Assembly (NCBI GenBank): GCA_965178125.1
Contig: OZ237746.1
Coordinates: forward strand, 1,178,001 to 1,242,000
DNA from: Bilabrum cf. latius
Lineage: Eukaryota
DNA length: 64,000 bases
Reading direction: 5' to 3'
Position numbers and translations under genes: made by a program
Notes under the pieces: model-generated
Seen by the model: only the letters and a program-made list of their open reading frames with translations
Told to the model about the DNA's origin: nothing
The model's database searches: none
Shown: positions 1 to 13,368 of the stretch, one piece after another
How positions within the stretch are numbered: position 1 is the stretch's first letter
How the letters are laid out: the number at the start of each line of letters is the position of its first letter

Positions 1-3000
1 GCAAATTGCTCCCCCCACAGCTGCCGCACCGCCGCACACCTGGCACACGCCAGCCGGGCCGACCGCACGGCCTGCTGCCGCAAGAGCACAGCGGCCGATA
101 CGCTCGACTGCACCAGCTGCCCCGTCGGCAGCATGGCCGTCACCGCTAGACCCTCCTCGCACACGTGGTGGTGCCCGTGCAGGCAGGACTCGCAGGTCAC
201 GGGGGCCCCCGAGGCGAGGAAACACCCCATGTGGGGGTCTCTCGCCGCGCTGGGGGTACGGGACAGCAGCACGAGCTGCCCCGGGTTCATGTCGTTGGCG
301 GGCAGGCCACGCAAGAAGGGAAGCAAGTGCTGCCCGGCGATCCGACCCAGCAGCTCCAGAGCCTGCGACTGAACGTCCTGTTGCTGCGAGCCACTGCTGC
401 TTCCCGATGACACTGACGTATCGGCGCTACTACCACCACCACCGCCACCACCTGTGTCCCATCTCTGGACAAGTGCCCCGGCCAGGGCACCCACGGTGGT
501 GACGGGCGTGGCCGAGATTGACGCAGCCCCTTTCCTTACCACGGCCAGCGGGAACTGCTGCTGCAGGTGCTGTGGTAGCACGGTGCGCCTGGGGCCGGGC
601 TTGAGGGAGGGCCCCCCATCCCTGATGAGCTTTTCCACCGCTGCCATAGCCACCGCGTCGTTGCGCGAGTCGAAGCTGTGCAAGCCCGTCGCGGTACGGA
701 TCGGGTTGCTTGCATCTCTCAGGTCGGTGGCAGCCTCCTGCAGCAGGGACCGAGTCAGGCGGGCCATCTGCGCAAGGCCGTGCGTCAGGCGCTCCGACCG
801 ACCCGTCAATGTCGATGCGCTGCCGCTGGACGGGGCCGGAGACCCGCCTCCGCGCAGCACCGGGAGGTGACAGGCGCCGAATCGGGCGGCATGCTCCATC
901 CACAGCTGGCCCAGCAGCGAATCGTCGGCCGGAGTGCGGACGATCGCGCGCGATAGGGCGCCTCCTGGGAGACTACTAGCATCGGTGCCCGGGCCGGCCC
1001 CACGTGCGAGCGCGGTGCCCTATCGCATGCAGCTGACCGCAGGCGCCGAGACGATCCGCAGGCAGCTCTGGCCAGCAACCCGAGGCTCTCGCCCGCACCT
1101 GACCATGGCGCGCAGCAGCCCGGCATGGGAGTGCCTCGGGTCACTGGCCTCGCGCTGCACCGCGCGCTCGCCCAGGCCCGACCACACATGGGGTACACCT
1201 GTCCCGATAGACCCAGAGTCGGCGATCTGCCCGACTCCAACCGCACCGGATGGGCTGCCCCCCTCGCTGCCGGCCGCAATGATCCCCCTCAGCCCCGCCT
1301 CGGTCCCGTCCCAGCCAGGGAGACTCAAGGGCACCTCTGGTTCCATGCCTACGTGCAGCCAGGTGCTGGTCGAAGAGACCTACCCACTGCTTGAAGCAGC
1401 GCCGTTGAGATGCCGTGGCACCCCTGCCTTTCCCGCGGTGGACCCATGCAGTCCTTGAGCATCATCATCTTCTTCTCCTTGTTCGTCCTCTTCGCTGTCC
1501 TGGCTGTTCTCATCATCGTCCGCCCATTCGGCTCGTTTCTTCGCTTCGGCAATCGCCGCCACGGCCACTTCTTGGACATCAGCACCCAAGTACGGCAGCC
1601 CCTCCAGCTCCTTGACGGCAGAAACATAGCCTAGCGTGCCTTGGTCGCGATTGGGGTCATAGGGCAGAGGCTGGCCCCCTGCACGGGCCCCACCCAGATG
1701 TCCACGCGATTGACTTGTTCCCAGCGGCGGCTGGTCGCTCGTTGAGTCGGACGTGGCCGATCCCCGGTCCCATTCCACGGAGTCTCCACCTTCCCCTGCA
1801 TCGTCCTGGTTCTCGTCCCCATCTTCGTCCGATGCCAGCTGCGCGCGTCGCCGAACCGGCCGTGAGCTCCGGCGCAGGCCGGTGGGCTGCACTGGGGACA
1901 CTTCAGCGGAGTCTGCGGTGCTGGAGGCCGCTGCCGACGCGACAGACCCTGTCGCCGAAGGACTCCTTCCATCTCCCTTTCCTCTTCCCCCCGCCCCCGC
2001 CCCCGCCTTGCTTCTCGTCCTTGCCTTGCCCTTGCTTTTGCCCTTGCCCTTGCTGCGGGGGTCAACCGATGGAGCACTCACAACTGGTACGAGTCCCAGC
2101 GCGCTGCGCGCTGCATCGCCGACCAGGAAGAGGGCGTACGGTACACGGCAGGACACAAGGCCGCCGAGCTGCCGCAGCAGATCGTCCGCCGCGATAAATG
2201 CAGCGTCGGATGCGTTCCAGCTGTGGTGCGGATCGGGGCGGCGGGGGAGCGCGCGGGGTGAGCCTTCGATCATGTCCAGAGTGGAGCGGACACGGCCTCC
2301 GTACGAGACGATCTTGGGCAAGAGACGCCGCAGGAATGATTCAAACCTTGAGGGCAGCGGGTTGGAGATGCCCGCAGGGGACGCAGCGTCGGATTCATCG
2401 GCTCTCGGCCGCTTGCTCCCCGCTCGGCTGGTAGATCCTCCACCCTCTGTGCCTCCTCCTTGCAATTCCTGCAGGTGCGCCGCCACCTGGCTCGCTACGG
2501 ACCCCTGTTGGTGCCTCTCGTAGGCCCGCAGGCACAGGAGGCCGTGCATCGCGGCGTCGGCTGTCCCCAGTAGGATGGCAGAGTGCCGCCCGGGGGTGGA
2601 TTCTTCCTCGTATGTGTCGTTCCACCACTGCAGAGAGGCCCGCAGGGAGGCGAAGGCCCTTGTTAAACCCGCCCGGGACTCGAGGTCGGACCCGAGAAAG
2701 CCAGAGGATGGGGAGATGGAGATGGGCGCGCTAACGCCAGCTGCCGAGGAGCTAGGTGCAGCCACTCGTTGTTGTCCCGCTTGCAAACCTGACAGCCGCA
2801 CGACGGAGGCATTGCACTGGACCAGTGGGTCCGATGCTGCTGCAGTGTCGGGGACTTTCAGCAGCTCTCGCACCACGTCATGCAGGGAGTGCTCCGGGGC
2901 CCGCAAGGCAGCAGCAGCATACGGGGCACCATGCTCGCTGCTGCTAGCGGCGGCTCCTCCTTTCTGCCCCGACCTTCGCCTGTGCCCTGGCAGGAACATG

Positions 3001-3642
3001 GCCACAGCCGCGCAGCAGTACCCCCTCGCATCCCTGGCGTCGAGCAGCTCCAGCACCACGCGCAGCAGCACCTCGAGATATCCCATGGGAACCGGCAGGG
3101 CCAGTGCAGCAGCGGCAGGTCGGGCGAGGGAGCGCCCAGCTGGCCCTGAGGCTGCAGATGACGCCTACCTGCCCCTGCGACGAGCACGGGCGGGCTCATC
3201 GCTGCCTTCGGCCTGACCCTGGTCCCGGTCGTGGTCCTGGCGTTCTTGTTCTTGTTTTCGCCCTTGTTCTTGTTCTTGTTTTTGTTTTTGTTTTTGCTGT
3301 GCCCCGGAGGGAACACACGGGACTTGACCATCCACCTTGCGTCGCTTGTGCTTTGGTCCGGACTGACCAGCTGACTCTGCACCGGCCTTGCGATGCAGCA
3401 GCTGCTCCGCAGACACGGGCGCCAGCCAGGCATCCTTGAATGCCCCCAGCGCGCCTTTGCTCCTGATGGCCTCGGACAGCAGTGAACTGTCATCGGGCAG
3501 CAGGGAACTGTCATCAGGCAGCTCCGGACTTGCTGGGGCGGTGCCAGTTGCTGAAGAAGAGGCAGATGTAGAGGCAGAGGAAGGGCAGCTGCTAGAGCCG
3601 TGGGCGGTTCTGCCGACGGCAAGCGCTGTCCCTGTCCCTGTC

Positions 3643-3687
<45 letters not shown>

Positions 3688-5345
3688 ATGCCCGTCTCGG
3701 CCCCACCACCCAGCACAGCCTCGATCCGCGCCTGCTGCTCGGAAGAGAATTCCCCAGCATCGGCGCGCCTGGCCATCGCGCCCATCCCTGCCAGCATCTG
3801 CGCCCCCACCCTGAGCCTGCCTCCGGCAAGTCGATCGATCCTCGCAGTGACGGCAGCCCTAAGCTCGCAGCAGGCGCATACCCACCTGCCGTCATCCTCA
3901 AGCACGTCTCCATCTCTGCCATCGCCCGTTCCCCTGCCCTTTTCTTTTTGCTTCTTCTTTGTTCCCTACCTGCCAGCCTCGGCCCGGGTCCCGCCGCCTT
4001 TCATGCGCCCGTCGCACTCCTCGTGCCAGCTCTGGTAGCACTCATCACACATCACGAGCATGCCCCCTTCCCCACAGCCACAGCATGCAGCCTGGTGCCC
4101 GTCATCCCGCGAGATCCGCTCTCGACAGAGCTGTGCCGCAGCTGCCTCCACGGGCGTGTAGATCGGGAGCGAGCCACTGCCGCCAGGGCCAGCGGCGTTT
4201 TGGGTCGCCCCCGAGCCTCCAGACTTCTATGCCAATGGTTCCGATATCCCAGCGTTTGGAAATGCCGCCACAATACCTGACGCATCAGCGCTAGTTCCTG
4301 GTGTGGATCCCTGTGCTCGGTGGCTTGATGCTGCTCTTTCAGACGCAAGCAGCTCATCAGGGGCTCCACAAAGCGCTCTAACTTCACGAACGGAACTCTA
4401 CTAGAATGAAGTCAAAGGGCCGATACTGACAGCTTGCGGAAGTGGCTACACCAGCCTCTTTGCTTGCATGAGTGACCCCAGAGTGTCTAGGCACTTGCGA
4501 GCAGGAGGGAGCAGCTGCTTCAACTACTAGCGCTAAAGTTTGCCCTTAGATCTAGACGCTACTGCACCACCGAGTGGAGACTCGCTTGATACGCGCCGTT
4601 GCCATTTTTGCAGCATTTTTGAGATTGGCACCGCCTTTGCAGCTGATGCAAGCACGTGCCCCAGCGGGCTAATCAGTGTATACCGATTCTTGTGTCCTCG
4701 CTTCGGTCCGAACAACTATAGTTTGGATATAGAGTACCAGCCTGTCCCAAGTGAGTCCGCAGTTGTTGCTACTCCGCCCATGGATCGAATGCAAACGTCG
4801 GAAGCGGCTACCGTGCTCATCGCACCCGCAACATCGCACCACATCGGTAGGTACGCTTCCCATACTTCACGAGACATTAGAAGCACTTTTAAAGCCCGTA
4901 GAATCTCCTCATACCTTGCGTAACCGTAGAAAGATGGCCAAATCATGATCGACAATAAAATGCACTGCAATATGGTGCTTCTCAGAGGCTCGGCGCGGTC
5001 GGGTCGCAGGCGTAGGCTAGGGGCCGGCACCGCGTCGAGTTGCAGCATGCTACGAGTAGCACGATGGGCCCGCTGGTACCCAACGACCCACATCCGGCTG
5101 CAGATGCGCCATTTGAGAGGTTCTTGGGCTTCGAGCAGCACCAGTCCCACCGTTGGGTGGTGACAGAGGCAGGAGCGAACCGACACAGGCCCACAGTCCG
5201 CTGGCGAATGCGCTCGCGGCCACGTAGTGGGGCTAGTAGTCGTTGTCTCTGCCGATCCACCTCGGCCTCTCCGCTCACCGAGCGGTTTTAATCTTCTTCG
5301 TTCCAAGCGGTTGCAACCGGTCGTATCCGGTGGATGCGGTTGCAT
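1..5345 (-). CDS. Large PHD-finger protein, low-complexity rich; 3' end runs off the window, start uncertain
   Basis: ORFs 4716..5360, 4533..4715, 3966..4151, 3165..3905, 1380..3086 and 1020..1346 share one frame and are separated only by TAG (12 counted). The frame stays open to the window edge. The PHD motif CCGC-x8-CDEC-x4-H-x2-C...W-V-C-A-C-C is complete only if the TAG at 3966-3968 is read through. Confidence 0.75.
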
Positions 5346-5427
5346 TTTGGATCGCGACAAACAGCGCTACGAGGCGAACCAGCGCCGCACCCGCGTACCA
5401 AAGTTGTATAAGACACGTACAAACACT

Positions 5428-8400
5428 ATGGCCGCCGCGAAAGGCGGAGCAGCAAATCAAGCTCGACTCCGCCGCAAATCGAAAACTTCCAAGAAGGCTG
5501 AGGAGGATGAGCCAGAAGTAGACCACCTGGGGGGCTCTGGCCCCGTGTTCCAGTCCATTGAGCTTGCAACTGCTGATCAGCGGCCTGACTACATGCCCTA
5601 CGAACGCGTGGCATTCCCGCGTGTCACTCGAGAAGCCCAGACGAATCCAGTTGCAGAGATGGACGCGATGTGGATGGTCGGCTTCCTAGATCACGAAGAG
5701 AAGCATGGCCCGTCCGGCCCATCGGCACAAACCATGAAAGACTACGAGGTGAGTCTGACGCTCGTCGAAGCGACCAGAGGTCCCGAATGCTTGCGACCCA
5801 TCTCTCACCTGACAATACTCTCGCTCGCTGCGTTTCCCGCAGAAAGTATTCGGCGGCCGCCAGTCCAAAACGGCGGGCGAAAAAGCACTGGCTGACAAAG
5901 AGAGGGACCGCTTGAAACGTGAGAACGCGGACAAATTCCTGTCAAAGGAGGAGCTTGCCCGGCTCAAGAAGCTGGAGAGGGAGCTCAAGCGCGGCCCCCG
6001 CAAGAAACCCCGCACCCTCGCGGAGAAAACAAGGGCCAAGCTCAGCAAGAGTGCCTATTCCTCCGAGAACCGCAAGATCCGCCGCGTGCTCGCCCTCCGC
6101 TCCAAGGCCGGCAAGAAGCACCTCAAGGCCATGGGCCCGGGGGCGGGGGCCGGCTCCTCTGGTCTGAAGAAGACCGTCTTGTCCACGGGCCTGGAGAACC
6201 TGGCATACCTGGAGCGGCTGGAGCACAGGGCCGCGGCGGTTGTGCAGCGTGCCTTCCGCCGATTCATGCGGATGATATTCTGGCGCAAGTACCTGGTGGC
6301 CACCAAGGCCGCCACCACCATCCAGCGGGCCGCGAGGGGGTACATCATCCGGAGGCTGGTGCGGCAGTGGGTGGCCCGTCGGGAGTCGCTCGTCACTAAG
6401 GCACAGGCCGTGATCAGGGGCAAGCTGGCCAGGGACGCTGCCCAGCGGGCGAGGAAGTTCGACGAGGCTGCGGCGTCAGACATCCAGCGGGTGTTCCGTG
6501 GGCACATCACGAGGAAGCACTGGAGGGAGGGAAGGAGGGAGAGGGCAATCGTGAAGATACAGGCAGCGTGGAGGGGTGCCGTGGGACGCTCCCGCGCGGA
6601 CCTCGAGTACCTGCACCAGCAGGCGGTGACCATGCAGGCGGCGGTGCGGGGCTACATCCAGAGGCAAAGGTACCGCCGCGACATGGAGGACTTCGCGTCT
6701 GCCGCGTGCCGCATCCAGGCACTGTTCCGGGGGTACATGTCCAGGATGCTCCGGAACGAGCTGCTGTGGCAGCGCGAGACGGGCAGCAGGCAGCAGTGGA
6801 TGGCCATGCTGCGGGCGGAGGAGAACTGGATCGACCGCGAGATCCAGAGGAGGGTCAAGGCCAGGGCCAAGGAGAACCTCGAGACGCAGATCGCGAGGCG
6901 GCAGCACGAGTGGGCCAAGGCCTGCGACGAGGTGATGCTCTTCGAGTACGACCTGCTGAGCCTGCACAACGAGAGAATCAAGCTGAGCCCCCGGGCCATC
7001 CAGCAGGGGTGGGCCACCCAGCTCAAGGACGACGTGGACCAGCACCGCAAGTGGGTCACCAAGGCCAAGGCGAGGGCGCTCTTCCTCACGGCGAGGTCGC
7101 TCAGGTCGCTCAAGCAGCGGAAGCAGGCGGCTGACAGGGTGCTGCAGGACATGCTCGAGCACAAGCAGCTGCACGCGCAGTGGTGGGTGGACGAGCGGGT
7201 GCTGCTGTGGAGGAGGGAGAACGAGCGCAACTGGGCCGAGCGGAAGGTCGCGCTGGCCAAGCGAGCGGCGGACGAGAAGAGGAAGTGGCAGGTCAAGTTC
7301 TACACGGAGACGGGCAAGCCGGACCTGCGCAAGCCCCCGGGGCACACTTGGGACCCCTCGCTGTTCCCCCACGCGCAGCAGCGCACCCTCACCATCGCAC
7401 ACGGCGACCTGCTAGCCCTCACAAGACCTCCCGAGCAGCTGGACGGGCCCCGCAGCAGAGCGGAGGCGGAGGCCAGGCTTAGGGACTCACGGCTGCAGCT
7501 GGAGCACTACTACCAGACAGTCAACCCGGGGGGGGCGCTGCCTGAGGCCCCCCCTCGGGCGGCGCTGGAGCAGCTGTCGGGCATGGGCGTGCAGGCCACT
7601 GGGGTGGGGGCGGGGGCGGGTCAGCTGCCGGCACTGCCTGCGCCCGGCGGTGCGGGAGGCGCGGGGGCTTTAGCGGGGTCCATGGCCATAGTGCCGCACG
7701 CGAGGGGGCAGGCGGGCAGGGCTGGCGCGCCCAGCCACGGCGGTCGCAGAGGGGGGTCGGGGCACTCGATCGCTCCCACGGTGGATGCGGCGGGGAACGT
7801 CATCAGCGGGTCGGGTGCCGGTGGGGGCATGTTCGCTGGTAGTGCGGGAGGTGCTGGTGCGGGTTCTGAGGCGGGAAGCGGGCTCGGTGGCGCCTTCGCT
7901 GCTGGGCGAGGTATCTCTCAGCAGCAGTAGAGCAGGCAAGGGCAGGGACAGGGGCGAGGACGAGAGTAGCAGTACGATGGCGGGGACGGCTTCGTTGGCA
8001 GCGCGCGGGGCAGCGAGGGCGAGGGCGGGGGCAGCAGGGGGGGCATGGACGGGTACAGCGAGGGGGGCAGCACGGCGGGCTGGGAGGAGGGGTACGAGGA
8101 GGTGCCTCGGTCCTTGTTCGAGGAACAGGTGCGCAGGGCGCAGCAGGGGCTGGAGCCCATGCCCGCCTTCATGCAGAGCGGGCTGGCCACGGGGAAGCTG
8201 GGGAACATCGCGGAGGTGGACGGCGCGCTCCGCCGCAAGGCACAGGCGCTCGAGAAGGAGGCCCAGGACCGGGAGAGGATCATGAGGATGCCTCCGGGGC
8301 TGCTGGCGGCCAGGAGGGCGGAGGCAGCATCGACCATCGCGCGGGCCAGGGCCACGGGGATGGTGGGGCACACGTCGGTCGCGGGGCGCAGGGAGGAGCG

Positions 8401-9205
8401 GCGGCGTGAGATCGAGGCGGAGATGGACGACTTCAGGCGGATGGGGTCGAGGGTGCAGATGCTCACCGAGAAGCTGGGGGCCGTGTCTGGGGCGGCGGAG
8501 ACGATGCAGTACGGTGCGCTGCTGAAGCCCATGTTCGACAACATGCAGAAGCTGCTCAGGAGGCTGAGGACGGACCCCTCCACTGCTGCGGAGGAGCTGG
8601 CCATGCCGGGGGCCAAGGAGAAGAACGAGAGAGAGCGGGTGGAGAGGGAGCGGAGGGACGCAGCCGAGAGCAGGAGGAGGACAGAGGCAGACATGCGCCG
8701 GAAATAGGCGAAGCTGGCGGAGGGCAGAGCGGGCGCGGGTGTGAGGGACAGGATGGCGATGGCGAGGAGGAGGGCGGCCGGGGCGGGTGCAGGGCACGAT
8801 GGTGCGGCGGGTGGGCGACCCAGGTCGGGCCGCCGCCCGCAGCTGGCCCCATTGGAACAAAAGGAGAAGGAGAGGCGAGCGCTGCTGCAGGCGAGGGAGG
8901 AGGCGAGGGCGCTGGCGGCGGCGAGAGGCACGGGGGGCAGGGAGGCGGCCCTGGCGCTGGAGCGGGGGATGCGGCCGGGGGCGGGGGCTGCGGGGGGCAG
9001 GTCGCATGGGAGAGGGGGTTCGAAGAAGCCGAAGAGGAAGAAGAAGTACACGAGCACCATCCCGTGGTCTCTTCTGGATGAGCTTGAGGCCGAGAAGGAC
9101 CGGCTTCAGGCGGAGAAGGCCAAGCGGTTGCCGTTCGAGCGGGCGTACGACAGGGGGAGGGTGCGCAAGGAGGACGCGCTGGCGGCCATCGCGGATGAGG
9201 CGTAA
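5428..9205 (+). CDS. IQ-motif (calmodulin-binding) coiled-coil protein, ~1227 aa; join(5428..5748,5843..9205)
   Basis: Repeated IQxxxRGxxxR motifs (IQRAARGYIIR, IQRVFRGHITR, IQALFRGYMSR). Phase-0 intron 5749..5842 (GTGAGT...CTGAC...CGCAG). ORFs 5912, 8045 and 8741 are in frame, joined by TAG at 7928, 7967 and 8705. Ends at TAA 9203-9205. Confidence 0.85.
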
Positions 9206-9327
9206 GTGGAAGCGCTGGTTGTCTCTGGGGTGGTTGCGATTTTGGACCGATGCGGTGCAATCATACTGCGACTCGGAGCATATCGCTGGAGCAGCGCCTG
9301 ATCTCCCCATTCATCAGAGCGAGGGCA

Positions 9328-9816
9328 ATGGCCGCTGCTGCGCGTGTTCGCCACTTGCTGCATACGTCTCCGTTTATGGCGTCATTGGGCGTCTCGCTGA
9401 TCCGTGCAGCCCCGGGCCAGGTAATCATTGGGATGCCGTTCCGCAAGGAATTCGGGCAGCAGGACGGATTCGTGCACGCCGGCGTCCAAACAACCCTGAT
9501 GGATGCAGCATGCGGATTCTCTGCATACTCAATGTTTGGTGAAGGCGACCGCGTGCTGTCGACCGAGTTTTCGACCCACTTACTGCGGCCTGCAGCTGGG
9601 AACTACTGTGTTGCTGTTGGCGAAGTTTTGAAACCTGGGCGAACCCTGACGGTAACCGAGGCACAATTTGGGATGTTTGAATCGAACTCTGCGATGGCAA
9701 GCGCTCTTACGTCCCTCGATCCTATCGAAGAAGAACGCGTCGAGGCGAGACGACTCATTGGCAAGCCTACTTCGACCTTTCGTGGAACTATGATTCGAAT
9801 GCAGTCGCGCAGCTGA
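9328..9816 (+). CDS. PaaI/hotdog-fold thioesterase family protein
   Basis: Motifs QQDGFVHAGVQTTLMDAACG, STEFSTHLLRPA and GEVLKPGRTLTV are typical of PaaI-like acyl-CoA thioesterases. Ends TGA. Start taken at ATG 9328. Confidence 0.85.
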   Translation: MAAAARVRHLLHTSPFMASLGVSLIRAAPGQVIIGMPFRKEFGQQDGFVHAGVQTTLMDAACGFSAYSMFGEGDRVLSTEFSTHLLRPAAGNYCVAVGEVLKPGRTLTVTEAQFGMFESNSAMASALTSLDPIEEERVEARRLIGKPTSTFRGTMIRMQSRS

Positions 9817-9859
9817 TCATGGCATGGTGCGCGGTTGCATGCAAACCAGCGTGACCCCA

Positions 9860-12800
9860 TTAAGCCTTGACCGAGTTCAAGGCCCGCTGCAAAAGAGAGA
9901 ACTGCTCGTAGTTGCCCTCCACAGAGCCACAGTCCCCCCGCGCCCCGTATCCGCCGACGCCATCCGAGGATACGTAGCCGCTGATGCATTTGCACACCCC
10001 GAGTTTGGTATCTGCGAGCTAGAGACAAAGGCAATGGACGCAAGGAGAGGTGGGGTACACCGGTTCATGAGAAGCGAGGACGGCACTGCTGAGACCAAGT
10101 CGATGCGAGTGCGAGTGCGGCCACCACAAGAGCATCGTTCGCCTCACCGCAGCGACCCCTCCCCGAGCACTCCACGTTGTTGGTCGTCCCCTTGTCTTTC
10201 TCGACCACCGTCACGCTCGGCAAGGCCGCCGTGGAGCTCGTGAGGCTGCTCGCGTCTGCCATCATGAGCGGCAGGTCGCCCAGCTGGGTGACGAACTGCA
10301 CGGCCGTGTCTGCGCGGCGGGGAGGGAGGATCGGGACCGAAGCGAGGCGTGGAGGGAGGATAGAGGCAGGCAGGTCAAGATCAACGGCGGTCTCAGCCGG
10401 GCAAGGCACTCGGCTGGTTGGCAGACTCGACTCGACTCGACTCACCGGATCCCGTGGCAGAGCACACGGTCGACGTTGCAGTGGGCATGGTGACCCGCAC
10501 CACCCCGAGGGTGGGCAGCGCCTCCAGCGCGCTCTTCACTTCCGTCGCGCTGGCCCCGTGCGGGATGGCGGCCGTCCTCCTGCCCCTGAACGACAGCCGG
10601 AAGGACCCCCCGTCCCCCTGGCAGGACACGGTCTGGTTCTCCACCCCCAGCACCGACCCGAGGTACGTCACAGTGGCAGAGCCCGAGCCCGCCCCCAGGC
10701 TCAGCGCGTTGTTCCCCAGGCCCAGGTGCACCACCGCCGTCTCGTCCACGTTGGTGTAGATCCACGCCTGGAATGCCGCGGCGGCTGGTGACCCGCACGC
10801 TGCACTCGCCCCGGCCTCGAGGCTCACCAGCGCCCTTTCCACCCCCGGGATGCTCTCGATGGCCCGGAGCACGGCCCCCTCGTCCGCCCCGTGGGGCATG
10901 GTCAGCGCGGCCTGCTCCCCGCTGAAGGACCAGGTGAGGGAGCCCCCGTCGGCAGTGCACTGCACCCTGTACCGCAGGGGCCTCCCGATCCTGGCGTCGT
11001 TTCCGTAGGGGCACGTCCTCAGGGAACAAGCGGGCCCGTCCCAGTGGCCCTTGTCCCCCAGAACCTCGTCGGTCTTGTTGAAGTCCGGGTATCGCCCGCA
11101 GTGGCACCCCTGCAGCTTGTCTGCGTCCCAGGTCGAGGCCTTCCCGCGGGTGGCGCCGTAGGTCACGCGGGTGCTGGCGCGCTGCCTCGAGACCGACACG
11201 CTGGCAGAGTCTGCCTGCAGCAGGGGCAGAGACCCGAAGTCGCTCGTGAACTCCACGTCCACGGACGCGCCTCCCCCTCCCGCCGCGCACACCTGGTCAC
11301 TCCCCGAGGGCGAGACCTGCGTCACCTGCACGAAGCCCACGGTGGGCAGCTCCTCGAGCCTGTTCTGCACCGCGACGAGGTCGTCGTCCCACTGGATGGG
11401 CCGCGTCTGAGCGTGGCTGAAGGTCAGGCGGAAGGACCCGGAGCCCAGGGAACACGCGATGCGCTGCACCTCGTTGCGGCCCCCCCCGGCGTAGTCCCCC
11501 CCGAAGTGCCCCAGGAGGGCCAGCTGGCCCACGGTCTTGCAGAGCCCCCTGCCCCCGCACTCCCCCTGCGCAATCGTGGAGGGGCACCTCTTGCGCTGGC
11601 AGGCGGCCCCCTCGTACCCAGGGTCGCACTGGCAGTCCCCCGTGCCCTCGTTGCAGACGCCCCGGTTGGAGCACTCGGCGGCGTAGTGCGCCCTGTCCGT
11701 CTCCCTTGCCTCGTCGAACCACGCGGCAGACGAGGGGCAGGACCGGCGACTGCAGTCCGCGCCCTTGAAGCCGCGGAAGCAGCGGCACTGGTGCTCCCCG
11801 CCGCCGCTCTCGCAGATCCCGTTCCCGCTGCAGGCGGGGCTCCCGGTGCTCCCGGGGCAGCCGAGCGCCGTGGCCCCGTCGTGGCTTCCGCAGTCGTCCA
11901 CCGTGCCCGCCCCGGAGCCCCCGTCGCTGGGCCCGTACCCGGCCTGGCAGGTGCACGTGCCCGTGCCCCGGTCGCAGGTGCCCCTCCCCGAGCACTCCAG
12001 CGAGACCGTTGTTCCCCGGGTCAGCTCCGCGGCGGCAATGGAGGTGGCCGCGCCGTCCCGCACCGAGGTGCCGCCCGAGAGGAGCGTGTCGGCTGCCACG
12101 AGCTCGAGGAGGGGGGCGTCTCCTACCCCCGAGACGAAGGTCACGGTGGCTGTGTTCCCCGAGGAGGAGCAGAGCGCCGCGCCGCCGCCGGAAAAGGACA
12201 CGGAGGACACGAGCGGCCTTGAGAGCATGGCGTTGAGCTTGGACTGCAGGGACTCGCCCTTGCCCGTGCCCGTGGCGGGACTGGTGGGGGTCTCGTCCGC
12301 CGTCTCCGCGACAGCATTGAACGCGATGGGGTCCGAGAAGCGCCCGTAGGCCCTCGCGAGAAAGTACCCCGAGCACGTGCCCGGGCAGGTGCAGGCGATG
12401 GTCTGCTGCTCGGGGACCAGGGACAGCGCCGAGCTTGAGGTGGGGTCGTCCCCGAAGGCGCACTCCCGCTGGGAGCAGTCGTACCCGGAGTATCCTTCGT
12501 CGCACCAGCAGCCCTGCACGCGGTCTGCGTCCCACGCGCCCGCGTAGGAGGCCTCGTGCACCCACCGGTGCCCGTCGTACAGCTGGCTCGCCTGCTTCAG
12601 CGTGATGCACCGGCCGTGGCCGTTGCAGGGGTTGGTCTGCCCCCCGGGGCAGTTCAGCTTCTCGCAGGCGTCGCCGTGGTAGCCCGCCTCGCACACGCAG
12701 GCGCCGGCGTCCCTGTCGCACACTCCCTGCGAGGTTGGAATGGAGATTGGTCAAGGCACGGTGGGGTGCAGCTAGGAGGCTCGTTTAAAGCAGGAAGGCA

Positions 12801-13159
12801 CTAAACAATCGCTGCCACATTGGACAACTTTCTGTATTAATTTTGCAGTCGCCGTGTAATTTTTGCAGTCGGCTATCGCTCACGACGCCGGCACACTCCA
12901 CCTCTTGCGAGTGCAAATTGTCAGTCGATTTGGAGTACCCAACCCACGCCGGAGCTTTTGGGCACACCCTGATGGAGCAATCTGCATTTGAGTATCCATC
13001 AAAGCACTCGCACGAATGCGTGGTTGTATGTACCGAGCGCTTGTACTTGCAAACGCCCCGGTTGTAGCAGTCGCGCTTGTCGCAGGGGTATCCCACTCCT
13101 CCTTCGGAATCTTGCACCAAAACTATTAATAGCAGGAGAGAAATACGACTTAACATCAT
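9860..13159 (-). CDS. Secreted EGF/tenascin-repeat protein resembling stramenopile tubular-mastigoneme (Sig1/Ocm-like) proteins, ~956 aa; join(13159..12884,12726..10446,10309..10148,10011..9860)
   Basis: Signal peptide, multiple ECSxRGxC EGF repeats, WDADxxQGCxC and YDCSxRxCxxGDDP motifs, C-terminal SSDGxGGxGxRGDCG. Three GTGAG...CGCAG introns preserve the frame (2871 nt = 957 codons). Ends TAA at 9862-9860. Confidence 0.85.
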
Positions 13160-13368
13160 GATGCTGCCATTTATGTGTACTGAGAGGGCTGAATATATGC
13201 ACTGGATGGCGAATCGAGGGCATGCTCACTTCGGCGTTGGCGCTCTCATCACACCCCGCCAGCAGCTTTGTGCCAGTGGCCGGACTAGTCTAGGTGACAA
13301 TACCACCACTAAACGTTCTATGTCGGCAAAACGCCACCCAACGATCCAACAAGTAATGTTCGCTCTGC

